A DNA stretch of 64,000 bases from Amoebidium appalachense (taxonomy: Eukaryota > Protista > Ichthyosporea). The stretch is from contig CAVNZM010000001.1 of the NCBI GenBank assembly GCA_963693365.1, positions 13,254,418 to 13,318,417 on the forward strand, in the 5' to 3' direction. How positions within the stretch are numbered: position 1 is the first letter of the stretch; every line of letters begins with the position of its first letter. Positions 44,863 to 64,000 of the stretch are shown piece by piece. The notes under the pieces are model-generated. The model saw only the letters and a program-made list of their open reading frames with translations, was not told the DNA's origin and searched no databases. Position numbers and translations under genes: made by a program.

Positions 44863-47800
44863 ACACACCGCCCCGCCCCCCGGACGCCATTGATTCCTTC
44901 TATCAAAGTGCTTCCAACATACACTCCTCTCCCCATCTGTACATCTTGCACACTCGCTCAAACTATTTGTTTCTAGGCGGCCGCTGCCGGCAAGGAGGTG
45001 AAGTTCCCCAAGGAGATTCTCTGGCTGGGCGGTGCCCCGGGCTCCGGCAAGGGCACAAACACGGCATTCATCATGCGGGAGAGACACATCACCACCGAGC
45101 CCATCGTCATGAGTGACCTGCTCAACTCCCCCGAGGCACGCGCTGTCAAGGTTGGTGAATGCTGGAAAGATCTCACAACGCCCGGTTGATGTTTCGAACC
45201 GCCGTGATTGTGTATCAGTCCTGTCAAGGGAGAGAGGGGGGGGGGGGGAGGGGGAGGGGTAGGGAGGGGGGTGTTAAGGGTAATACAGAACAGGTATTGG
45301 CCGGTAAGTCGACCCCGCCCCAACACTCTCCTCTCTCTCTCCCCCCCCCCCCCCCCCCCCTCCCCACCACCACCAAGACCCTCAGATATTTCGAGACTAA
45401 CAACCCCTCCCCCCCCCCCCCGCCCGCCCCTTCTTCTTCCAACCACAGGCACAGGGCGGTATGGTCGGTGACAAGGAGGTAGTAAAGGCGCTCATGATGC
45501 AGCTGCAGGAGCCCAAATACGCCGCCGGTGTGGTGGTGGATGGGTTCCCCCGCACAAAGGTGCAGGCAGACATTGTGCGCTGCCTCTACGACAATTTGAT
45601 GCAAAAGTTCCGTGAGGACCCGACTAAGAACACGCGCCCCGTGTTCCGCATTGTGGTGCTCTATGTCGAACAGGCGGAGTCCATCGCCCGCCAGCTTGCA
45701 CGTGGGCAGAAGACGAAGAAGCACAACGAGAAGGTTCTTGAAAGTGGGGAGGGCGTGCTTGAGCAGGAGAGGGACACGGACTTCGATCCGAACCTTGCAA
45801 AGAAGAGGTACCGCGTGTTCAAGGAGAGCACGTATGAGGCTCTGGAGGAGCTCGGCAAGCACTTCACGTACAACCTGATCAACGCTCAGGTACGTGTGTG
45901 TGCGTGCATGCATGCGCCGGGCGGAGTGGGTATGGGGGGAGGGGGAGGGAAGGGATTAGAAGGGAGGGAGATAGTAGGTGGTGGTGGGGGGGGGGGGGGG
46001 TGGAGAGGAAAGGTCAAATGGAGAAGTGGAAGGAAATATGTTGGGGCGTTGAGGATGTATGTTGGACTAGCTGAAGGGGAGGGGGGGGGGGGGGGGGCTT
46101 TCGTCGTTGTTTTCTAGGGGCTGACGGTAGGTGGCAACTGGGGATAAGGGCCAATAAGGATTGGAGCTGTGTGGGGGAGGGAAGGAGAAGAAGAAAGAAA
46201 TCTATCAACTTGTTTCTTCTCTGGGCATAAGGGGTATGGGGATGGGGGCCTACAACCACCACTTGCTGGCAAGGATGGTGGGGGGGGGGGGGCAATGTCA
46301 TTTTTCAACCCGGCTAGCTGAGAGGGGGGAGGGGGGTGGGAAAGATAGCTTCATTGTTCAGCCCATATGTGCAGTGTTATATGCCGGCTAACACCCTCTT
46401 TTGTCTCTAGGGCTCTTATGCCGCTGTTGAGGCCAACATCAAGAAGGAGATGGAGTACCAGAGTGGCGTTGAGCTCAACCCCGAGACCTTCACCTCTATT
46501 CGTCATCTCCCCCGTGCGTCTGAGGTCGTCACACACGCCCGCCAGGTAAACTTCAATGAAACCCCCTTCCCACCCCCCCACCCCCCCACACCTCCACATC
46601 TCTTCGATGTTTGGTTTAGCATGCTCAAGGAATTTTAGCATAGACCTTGAGGTCAGTACCTAAGTATTAAGTGGACATAAAATCTCAAGAGGACGTGCTA
46701 AGTCGTAGAGAATTCACTTAAATAGGTATAGCTATTATGGAAATAGCAATGGATCTCTAGTTTTCGAATAAGAACCTCAAAGCAATTTCAGTCATTATCA
46801 TAGCACGCAACGGCTCCAATGATCGAGTATTCTTAATCTATCTAGTGGTGTTGTATGTCCTAGCTACTAGTTAATACTTTAAGGCTAAACTTACGTGGTA
46901 TAAATAAGTCTCCGGCGCTTTTACCAGTAAAAAACAGGCGATCGTAGTCCTCCACTCGCTACTTGCTTTATACACTTCGGATCGTTACCGACCTCGGGTA
47001 AACATACCATCTCATACCTCCAACCGAATCATCATAGTAATCCTAATTTCGGCGACTGCTTCTTCTCAGCAGATACCAATAGCAACTCTGTGTTTATCAG
47101 CGTCTTGTGATTTCGAATCAATACTAAATCTTATGACTTCGAGTCTGACTTATACTCTAATCCTATAGTAAAAACCACTTCCAATTTAGCACGCTCTGAT
47201 CATGTCCGACCCGTGTGTTGTCCGTTGTCGTGTGTCTCGGGTCTGACTTGTGAAAAAAACGTCCACCACCTCCCTTTCCCTCCCCCCCCCCCCAAAAAAA
47301 ACAAAAAAAAAACAACAACATATACACGCATGGCTCACATACACACACACACACACATACATAGATACCACGCACATCTCCCCCTCCCCCCTCCCCCCCG
47401 TTTCTCCTCAGGACTGCCGTGCGTTCACGCGGTTTCACTAACTCGCTCATACACCTCTATTCATTCCCTCCCACCCCCCACCCCCCACCCCCCACCCCCC
47501 CCCCCCCCCTCCTTCTCCCTCTTCCTTCTCTTGTGCCGTCTTGCCATCCACCTCACTCACGTGTGCACAGCCACATCATTAGACACGTCATTCAGCCCCC
47601 CCCCCCCCCCCCCCAAAAAAAAAAACACACACACACACACCCTCCCTCGTCATCTCTTCTCCCTCTTCCAATCATTTTCTTTCTCTAGAACCCGCATCTA
47701 CGACCACGTTCCCACAATCTCCACCTCATGCCCCCCCCTCCTCCTAACCACCACCACCCACCCTTCCCCTCCCACCCCCCCCCCACAACCCTCCCTCATC

Positions 47801-48155
47801 ACCACCCACCCACCCACCCCCTTCCCCTGCCCCTGCCCCATATGTACTCATAAATTTCCAAATTTCGCAGGCCCTCGTGCGCCGCCTCGACCAGTACGTT
47901 CTGGAAGACCGTGCCGGCTTCCAGGCCGCCGTGGACCTTCTCAAGAACCACTTCTACCCGGAGATCGAGCGTCACGTGATTGCCGGCCAATGCCGCGTGC
48001 TCGCTCAGGTCGGCAAGGAGAGGGACATCGACATACTGATGGACATTCTGAGCGATCGAGGTTTTAGGGTGGTGGCCGACAGGACCAAAGGAAACAGCCT
48101 GACTAGGTTCGAGATCATGTGGGAGCGCCCCACCATCCGCCGCCTGTACCTGTAA
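44146..48155 (+). CDS. Adenylate kinase-family protein with C-terminal extension and mitochondrial-type presequence (~442 aa)
   Basis: Exons 44146-44439, 44977-45150, 45449-45889, 46411-46545, 47871-48155, all introns phase 0. P-loop [18 protein letters not shown] and [12 protein letters not shown]-terminus is Arg/Ala-rich and acid-free ([24 protein letters not shown]). Confidence 0.93.
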
Positions 48156-48224
48156 ATCGTGTAAATTCTGAAAGGCCGATCGGGACCGAGTGGGACCGAT
48201 TAGAATGGGGGAGTTAATCTTGAT

Positions 48225-48346
48225 CGGTTCGATTCAGAACTCCAAACCACGCCAATGTTTGGCTAAAACGCTTTTTTCCCGATCAAGATTGGTTCGATTC
48301 AGAACTCCAAACCACGCCAATGTTTGGCTAAAACGCTTTTTTCCCT
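48225..48346. repeat. ~65 bp tandem duplication in the AK 3' region
   Basis: ggttcgattcagaactccaaaccacgccaatgtttggctaaaacgcttttttccc occurs twice. Confidence 0.9.
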
Positions 48347-49008
48347 CAAACGAGTGTAGTATTTTATCGAAAGATCATAGCTATAATGCCATGCCTGAAC
48401 GAGACCTCCCTCATTCCCCAACCTAAAAACATAAATTTTCGAAATTACAGTTAACAGTAAGACAACCTAACCGTTGAATAACATTCAGTGCATGACGAAC
48501 AGTGTCATGCTCCCTACGCATAATCCCGAAAGAACCGGTATAAGTAATGGTTTCTTGATCTTGCACATGTAAGAGTAGTCCGCGGCCGCAGCCACAGTTT
48601 CACGTTGTGCATTTTATCCGACATAGGTTATGTTTTGATCCTACACCTGCCTGGCGTGGGTTTGTATGTTCTCTGAGACTGGTGCCGGCACCGGTCCATT
48701 TGTTCATATATATCAAGAAACTAATCATAAGGCCCATCACGTATTATGACCCCCCCCCCAAAAAAAAAAAAAAAAAAAAAAAAAACCACCATCCACACAC
48801 GCACAAACATACCAGAGCCCCACACCACCACCACACACAAAAATACTCTGCAGAGATTCACACCTGCACACCTCCTTGTACATTCACTGTGCACATTTAA
48901 CCATCAGGACTCAGGCCCGGAGGGGCTCTGTATTGCTCCAACTAATTAGTGCCCACACGTACACGCCATGGCCATATGGTTGCGGTGCCCACCAGGCACG
49001 TTCATTTG

Positions 49009-49195
49009 TCATTGAGTCAAGGCAAGTTTTCGCAGTTCACATAATCAGATTGTATTATATATGGGAAAAAAGTCATTTGCCAGGGTGTGCCATCGTGTGG
49101 ATCATTGAGTCATGGCAAGTTTTCGCAGTTCACATAACCAGATTGTATTTTATATGGGAAAAAAGTCAGTTACCAGAGTGTGCCATCGTGTGGAT
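49009..49195. repeat. ~93 bp tandem duplication
   Basis: tcattgagtca.ggcaagttttcgcagttcacata...gtgtgccatcgtgtggat occurs twice. Confidence 0.9.
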
Positions 49196-49215
49196 TCCCC
49201 CCATCCCCCCCTCTC

Positions 49216-49248
<33 letters not shown>

Positions 49249-49293
49249 TCTTTATAAAAAAAAAAAAAAAGAAAAGAAAAAAACAGAGGGGGG

Positions 49294-49329
<36 letters not shown>

Positions 49330-49496
49330 CACGTAAGCACACAGCATGTATTTACGCACTGCAGTAAGCTGCAATATTCTCATTACTACTTCCGATGCAA
49401 AAAAGAATCTTGCTTCATCGCGTGGCTTGCAGCTTCAGTAGGTGGCACTGATATATGTGCTGTGCATGTCGATATCCGTGAAGCGGTTTGATTAAT

Positions 49497-50038
49497 TCAA
49501 GTGTGTACGATGACGTCAGTGTTGTATGTGGGCCCGATGTCTGCGGCCAGCAGGCCTGTGAAGAGGAGGGCAAAAAGAAAAGTAAAGTACTGGTTGATGG
49601 CACGCAGGTAGTTGGTCCCTGGGGGGGGTGGGGGTTGGGTGTTAGGGGAGAGATCTAATTAGACCGGGCCCCTGCGCGGGGGGGAGAGGGAGGGGGGGGG
49701 GGAGGGGGGGGGGGGGGGGAGCCGGGGAAGGGGGGCCAACTGTTACGGTGCCGTGTATCAAATTGATGCAGGATTGATCATCGATAAGAGAATGGGCCGG
49801 ATGAATTTTCTACCAGGCTGGATGATAATATGTATGCAGCCTGCATGCACGCACAAATACTTTGTGAAAACTTTAAGGTATATGCGTCAGCATGCTCGAG
49901 GGTGGATGGGTATTTTTCTTGTGGTGTGGTGTACGTGTGTGTATGTACAGTATGGTCATAGTGCCATATGGGTGGTGGTGGTGGTGGTGGTGGTGTTTTT
50001 TTATTATTATTTTCTTTTTCTTTTTTTTTTTTTGTGGT

Positions 50039-50078
<40 letters not shown>

Positions 50079-50187
50079 GCACGCACAAGGACAGACGGCA
50101 TACTGGCTGTGGCCGTGGATCTCGGTGGTGGTGTAGCACTGGATGGATGACCCAATGGGACCATATAGAAGCACAGTGATGGCTGGA

Positions 50188-50254
<67 letters not shown>

Positions 50255-50631
50255 GGAGGCATAAGTTGTCAGAATGTTTGTGGTTTATGTAGAACTGGGA
50301 ATGGGAGAAGAGGTAAAGGATGATATGATTATCGGGAAGGGATGCATGTGATAGTCAGGGAGGGCAGAGTGGAGGGTAAGGGGGAAGGGGAGGAAAACGG
50401 GGAGCCGCGCAGGGGAGGGAACAGAGGTAGGTGGTGAAGGTGTCTTAAGCTTAAGCTTGCAGCCGGCCGCGGGGAAGTGGCAAAGGTGGGGGTGGGGGTG
50501 GGGGGGGGGGGGGGGGGGAGGGTGGGGGGGGGGGGAGGGGGGAATCTATCGTGTAGCCAACCAAAACTTATTGAGGGAGAGTTGGTATGCGAGGGACTGC
50601 AGAGCCGGGATGTGTGTGTGTGTGGGGGGGG

Positions 50632-50665
<34 letters not shown>

Positions 50666-52637
50666 GTACTTGTTCCCAAAACAAGAATTCGTTTAGCCCA
50701 GACAGTCCAATGGAGACGTTTGGCTCGGATGCCCGCTTTACGCTCCTGCCAAAAACGAAAATTTGGGCCGTTACCTCATCTCTCCTGCCATAAATGGAAT
50801 ATGTATGCTGCTACTTTAACTGAGTGGATATCATAACCTGGTATACTGTATATAGTTTTGGCATCAAAACGTTTAACCCATTTAAGGCATCACGGTGACC
50901 TTCGGGTCAGTCTCCTTTCACCGTTTCTTCGATCTCGTGTGCGTCGTCACAAGTCCATCTGGAAATTTACCGTTTTTTTTTTACAACTTTAAAAGGGAAC
51001 CCCGACAGCCCACATGAACAGCCCAGATGTTAACACGATCAGAGAGTGTCATCTATTATCGATACACAAGAATTCCTAACCGGTTTGAGGCTTTTTTTTT
51101 CTTTCAGGTGTAGTTAAAGTACATGCTTTGGCCCCTGCCCCCCCCCCCCCCCCCCCCCCCCCCCACCAAAAAAAAAAAAAAAATGCAACCCACCCCCTCC
51201 TCCAACAACCCATCACCTTCTCTTCCTTTCTCACAGCGACTTCCACAAACATACAAACCACCCGTGTCTCTGTTTTCCTCCCCTTTTCAATAACTCAACG
51301 CCAAGGGATAAGTGTATGGGTGGAGGGGAGGGGATCGGAGCAGTAATCACACATGCCAATGGGATCACATAACAAACACTGAGATCATAACAGAGGAACG
51401 ACCCTTCCAAGTCATTCAATAAACTTTATCAGTGAAGGTATGGGAGGGGAGGGGGGGGGGGGGGGGGGGGAGGAGGGGGAGAGGGGGAAGAACCGACGTA
51501 TTCAAAGGGATAATGCATGTGGGGGGCGCACGAAGGGGACGGACTGAAGGGAAGAGGGGGAGGGGAAGGGAGGGGAGGGGGGAAGAGGAAGAGAGAGGGG
51601 GGGGGTGGGGGGGGGGGGAAGGGTGGCCCAACGGGGAGGGGGAGGGAAGGGGTGTTTCGGTCAAGTGGGTCAAGTAGGGTGTTGGCATACCTTCCTCCAT
51701 ATGGACTCGTAAGCAGCATAGACGAGATATATGAAGACGAGATAGCCCCCTAGGGCCATCCCCACGCATATATTGTGGCCAACAGGGTAGCCGCTGACGT
51801 GAAAGATGGCCAGTAGGCCAAGCCCAACGCCGCCAAATACGGCAAACGGCACACTGGTTTTGATTGGTTAATTGTCAGCAGACTGAATGGGCAGAAAAAG
51901 TAATTTACGTGATAGCAAATGGGTAGCTGTATATCTAATATTATTAGCTAATGTAGGGCCTGCCCTTTTAATGTTCTTGTGGGAAGCAAATTTATCCATC
52001 CCTGACACGAGCCCAACCCTCTCAGGGTCCCTCTCCCCCCCCCCCCCCCACCCCCCCCCCTTCCCCACCGCACCCACATCTATCCCCCCCCCCCCCCCCC
52101 CCCCCCCTCCCCCCACCCACACAAGAACATATCACCAACCCAACAACTCAATCGGCCCCCCCCCCCACCCCTCTCCTCACCCTTCCCACCCTGGATTCTT
52201 GCCTCAGACGCACAACACCTCTTCTTCCACATTGCCCAACACAGGGGATGTAAATGTGTGTGCGTGTGTGTGTGCGTGTGTGTGTGTGTGTGTGTCTGGG
52301 GGGGGGGGGGGGGGGGGGGGGGCAGAGAGGGAGGAGGGGTAAGAGAGTGTGAAAGGGGGGGGGGGGGGGAAGGGGGGGGGGGGGGGGGGGGCATAAATTA
52401 CCTGGCAGGGACACACCGGTAGCCGTGGGTGTACATCCACTGACCATAACGGTTGCGGAAAGAAACATAGTGAAATATGGCAGAGAGGATGAAGAGGATG
52501 CCTGGGGGGGGGGGGAGGGGGGGGGGGGGGGGCGGGGTTGGTTGCGGTGGTGAGGGGGGGGGGGAGGGACGGGGGGGGGGGGGGGGGGAGACGGGGGAAG
52601 GGTGTATGCTGGACGGGGGTAAAATGTGTGTGTATTT

Positions 52638-52673
<36 letters not shown>

Positions 52674-52690
52674 GCGTGCGCGCTTGTGTC

Positions 52691-52746
<56 letters not shown>

Positions 52747-52932
52747 GGGGGAGGGTGTCCTGGGAGGCCAAGATTGTGTCAGTGGCTGGCTACCCGGGCT
52801 AATTTTTTTTTTTTTTGTTTAGGCTTTCCCAACACTTTCTCGTCATTCTTCAAGGGGGCCTGTTTTTTTTGTTTTTTTTTTTCATGCACTCAATAGCCTA
52901 CAAAAACTGTGGTTGCCGGAACCCCTCCCCCC

Positions 52933-52991
<59 letters not shown>

Positions 52992-53009
52992 ACCCCCGAG
53001 GGATGGTTT

Positions 53010-53040
<31 letters not shown>

Positions 53041-53535
53041 GAGGGGGGGGGAGGGAGCACTCGCCGCCAAGAATAAGATGGTGGCCATGAGTCCGTGTGC
53101 TTGGTTCTAATCATATAATGGAAACCGTGTGTGTGTGTGTGTGATTGTTTGGGGGGCGGGGGGAGAAAGGGTAGGGGGGGAGAGAGAAAGTAGTTGGAGG
53201 AGAAGGCAAGAGAGCAAGGGGGAGGGGGGCGCGGGGTTGGGAAGGGAGAGGTGAAGAGGGTGAGGGAGGAGGGGGGGGGGGGGGGAAGCATCGAATTGGC
53301 TTGATTTCGTTTTTGTTTTTTTAAAAAAACATGAATTACCGGTGTTGACGAATCCCACAATGAAGATGTAGTACTGGGGGGGGTCATCGCCTATGTAGCT
53401 GATGTAGGGCAGCCGCACCGGGTCCCCCCTGAGCGCATCCGTGGCCAGCGCAAGGGCAGTGCACAGCGCTATGGTACCAATGCCCACTGCACACGTCATG
53501 ATGGGCACCCAGCGGTGCCACAGCCGGGGCTGCAT
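49497..53535 (-). CDS. Frag1/DRAM/Sfk1 (TMEM150-like) multipass membrane protein (~250 aa)
   Basis: Phase-consistent exons 53535-53340, 52501-52402, 51853-51691, 50745-50670, 50182-50087, 49618-49497. Family motif LPYISYIGDDPPQYYIF after TM1, GLGLLAIF...HNIC, six hydrophobic segments. A possible upstream exon (54923-54767) could not be joined in phase. Confidence 0.85.
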
Positions 53536-53630
53536 CTCAGTGGATAAGGTGGGTGCTGAGGTTGATGGTGGTGGTGGAGGAGGTGGTGGTGGAGAAAGGG
53601 GGGAGGAGGGGGGTGAGTTGGGGAGGGAGG

Positions 53631-53663
<33 letters not shown>

Positions 53664-54012
53664 GGGGAGAAAGGGGACGGTTTGGGGAGGGAGGGGAGGG
53701 GGGAGGGAGCCGGAGGGGGGAGGGGGGAAGGGGGCCACTGTCAGGTATTTGGTGGATGTAAGGGTAGGTGTGTGGGAGTGTGTGTGCTGGTGGATAGGGG
53801 GGAGGATGTGTGTGTGTTTGTGGGGGTGGGGGTGGGGGGGGGGGGGGTTATAAAGGGTTGTATATCAGTGATACGAGGTTTTCGGCTCAAATTAGGCTTA
53901 GTGTGTGTTCGTTTATCAGTTACGCTTGTTCCGACATTCCAGTGTGTGCAGACCATGTGTGTGTGTGTGTGGCTGTGTGTGTGCACCAGGATTCATATTT
54001 TTTTAAGGAGCC

Positions 54013-54118
<106 letters not shown>

Positions 54119-57083
54119 ACGTGCGCGTGCGTCTGCGCGTGTGCGTGTGCGTGTGCGTGTGCGTGTGCATGTGCGTGTGAGTGTGTGTGTGTGTTTGTGT
54201 GTGTGACACACGGGGGGGGGGGGGGGGGGGGGGGGGGGGGATTCAAAAGTGGAGGGGGTATAGTAAACAGAAAATGCAGAGTGATTAGATGCATCGAAGG
54301 GGATCAAACAAGGAATTCCAAAGGAAAGTACATATACACAGTGGTTGACTATATTGTTGATGCATCCTTTGTTGGCCGGTTTGCCCAATAACTTCTCCCT
54401 ACAACTCTCTTTTGCGTTTCTTACGTGCCAGGCTGAACGTTTCCCCGAGGGAAAGAGGGAGAGGGTAAGGGGAGGAGGAAGGGAGAGGGGAAGGGCATGG
54501 GGGGGGGGGGGGGGAAGGAGGGGACGGGACGGGGGAGGAGAGGGGAGGGGGGGGGGGGGGGGGGGGGGGGGGCTGGGGGCTTATACAACCGGACACCCTC
54601 TCGTTTCTCAAAATAAGGCTTGTTTCAGAATCGAAAAAGCAGACATAAGATATAAATTGTTCGGAAGAAAACAGCGGGTGCGCGCGCCAGGTTTGGTATT
54701 CAGATCTCGTAATTCTAGACACTTGCTTGATCAATTCATCATAGGGTAGTAGCACAACAGACTTACCGTGTCCTAGTGGTGTATCTGAGCCCTCGTTCCG
54801 TCTCGCACTCCAACAGGTATCACCCACCAGCGGCTCTGTTTCTTGCACAGACAGGGCTTGGGTATTGTGTAAGTTTCCTGGGGCCACACAAGGATGGGGT
54901 GAGTGGGAGCGTGTGGAATCCATGAATCTCTGAAGTCACGGAAAACTCAAAATGATGTGCTTCTGTACATGTAGCTGCGGTATTCCGAATAGAAGTACGC
55001 AGGGAAAATCGGAGCTAGGTTCCATTGAATGACAAGGCAAAATAAAATAAAAAAACACTGATTTTCAGTATATGTATGAAAAAGTTCTGTGCATGCATTC
55101 AGTCCAAAAAAACTCAAAAACAAAACCGAGCCGAGCTTGAAGTTCCCGGTGCCCTTGGGAAGTTGAGTTCTAAACTATTAGAGCAATGCCCCAAAATCAC
55201 AACACTAAAAAATTATACCCTACCACCAAAATGCTTAAATATTTATGATAGGCATGTATTCTTATAGGAACACGCGCACAAAATATCACGGGAACTCCGT
55301 GTGACTTTGCAACAGTATCTTGAAGGCACGTGTGACCATACCTTTTGGAGCCTTCCCCTCGTAGATGTCATGCGCGCAACCCCTCCGAGTCTTAATGAGT
55401 TTAGTTGGTTCACACACGCTCGCCCCGCCCCCAAAAACGAAAGAGTAAGTCTTCACTCTATATGTTTCAGAGCTGATGAAACATTTTGCATTCGCTTTTT
55501 CAACCCCCAAAACGCAGAACATTGCGCACAAACTACATAACTCGCATGACTCCCCAAGCCCGTGACCGGTACCATCCCGTCAGCCCAAATACGTCTCAGG
55601 ATCATGCCGCTGAGCTGTGGGTGTTCCACGTTATGTGTGCTCGTTGTGCGTGTGCACACGCGCGAACGTGTCAAAAAAAAGGAAAAAATTCACCGTTCAC
55701 GGCTGGACTCATCAAAGCCTTTGCACTGCCACAGTCTGCAAGCCAAAGATTAACCAACCAGATGCAAGAACAGGTGCAAATAGATTTATACTTACCCAAT
55801 CAGTAACGAAAACGTCATCATTAGCGGAACGGCTCCCCACGAGCTCAGAGCCAGGCCCAGCATCCTCTGCCACCGTATCCCGCCTGTCCGTGTCTCGCTC
55901 GCCTCAAGGTGCTACACGTGTACGTACAGCTGCCGTGGAGTGGCTCTTTGAAGCCTGTAAGGTGGGATCATCGCTGAGGCTGAGCTCTCTTCCGGATTCG
56001 AAGGTCATAACTCGCACATACGCACTAAATGTATGTACCTTACGTTGCACAGACAAAATGACTATTCACTGCGAAGTTCTTGCCGAGATCATTACAGCTG
56101 CAGCTAGAGACTCGGTTCATCGGCACCGTTCAAGGAACGGGCGTTAATTAGTCTACACCGTTTTCCGAAGCGGCCTACAGTGTATTCGGGGACCGTATAG
56201 ATAGTGATCATGACGGCCTGGCCACTGGCCAGCCAACATTTTGATCTTATATACTGTAGCTATCAGAATTGCTCTTGCTAAAAGCACATAGATAGTATTA
56301 GGTTCACCTAAAATGCTCTAAGTCATTTCCTGGCAGCGATATGGATCCTGTGAGCATGCAGACGGGCCGCAGCCTCGCCAACCACGCCACTTGACTCAGT
56401 GAGGCTCTCAGAGATTTAGAGTCGAACAGGCTGCAGCTCAGGTCTGGAAGTCGGACTGGGACAGCAGGGAGTGGGACCAAAATGAAACCTGAGCGAAACG
56501 ATTATATACTAGCTGATCAAACGAAAGAGTGCGATTGATTGGACATACCAAACATACCTAAAGCTGTGCGCTAATCATCTGCATTTAATCTTATCTTTGG
56601 TATGCAATAGGGGCCTGGTGTTATCACGCCCCCAGCTGAAACGAGAGCTGCACCGTGCAGGTTTGTCCCTTCAGTTTCTCTGAGCCAAGTGTCAGTATTG
56701 AAACCAAAAGTGTTAGTATTATTTGACCATTACCACGTTCTCTATATCTTCATCTCTACTTATACTCAAAAAGGGTCTGCATTTTTTCTCACCTCTTGCT
56801 CCATTCGGCTTGCTTGTTTGCTTTTCAATTTGTTTTCCAATTCACGCCTTTTTTTCCCGACACTTTTTCGATGCTCACGATCAGCCTAAGATCTGACCCT
56901 CATCAAGTAGGTGGCGTGTGTCCTTCACCAAACAAAGAGCAGCTTAATGATTGCCAACGCTTTTTAATGCTTTTTTAAATAGGCAACCCATTTTTAGGGC
57001 AGCACGCACACATGCTGTACTGATTTTTGAACTCTGGAGTGTAAAAACACGAAACAAAACACAGAAAAGTGAGGACGACGCGC

Positions 57084-64000
<6,917 letters not shown>

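Overview
Intron-rich eukaryotic nuclear DNA saturated with poly-G/poly-C tracts and (GT)n/(CA)n/(GA)n microsatellites, so most ORF-track entries are low-complexity artefacts. Gene content suggests a unicellular animal relative (holozoan-like); this is inference only. Manual splicing gives: 3' part of eIF3c (+); a young Ty1/copia LTR element lacking RT, inserted in a poly-G run, with a half-tRNA-iMet primer site; an intronless frameshifted F-box/LRR pseudogene; a 9-exon orphan gene (-); a secreted trypsin (+); SSNA1/DIP13 (+); a TIR element carrying a tRNA-like sequence split by a perfect hairpin; a mitochondrially targeted PVC-bacteria-type adenylate kinase (+); a DRAM/TMEM150/Frag1-family gene (-); and the 5' part of a secreted cbEGF-repeat gene built of phase 1-1 exons (+). 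No new system is proven. The best leads are microsatellite-abutting splice sites in the EGF gene, the poly-G-inserted copia, the tRNA-hairpin MITE and a recurring GAATAAGAGTAG motif.
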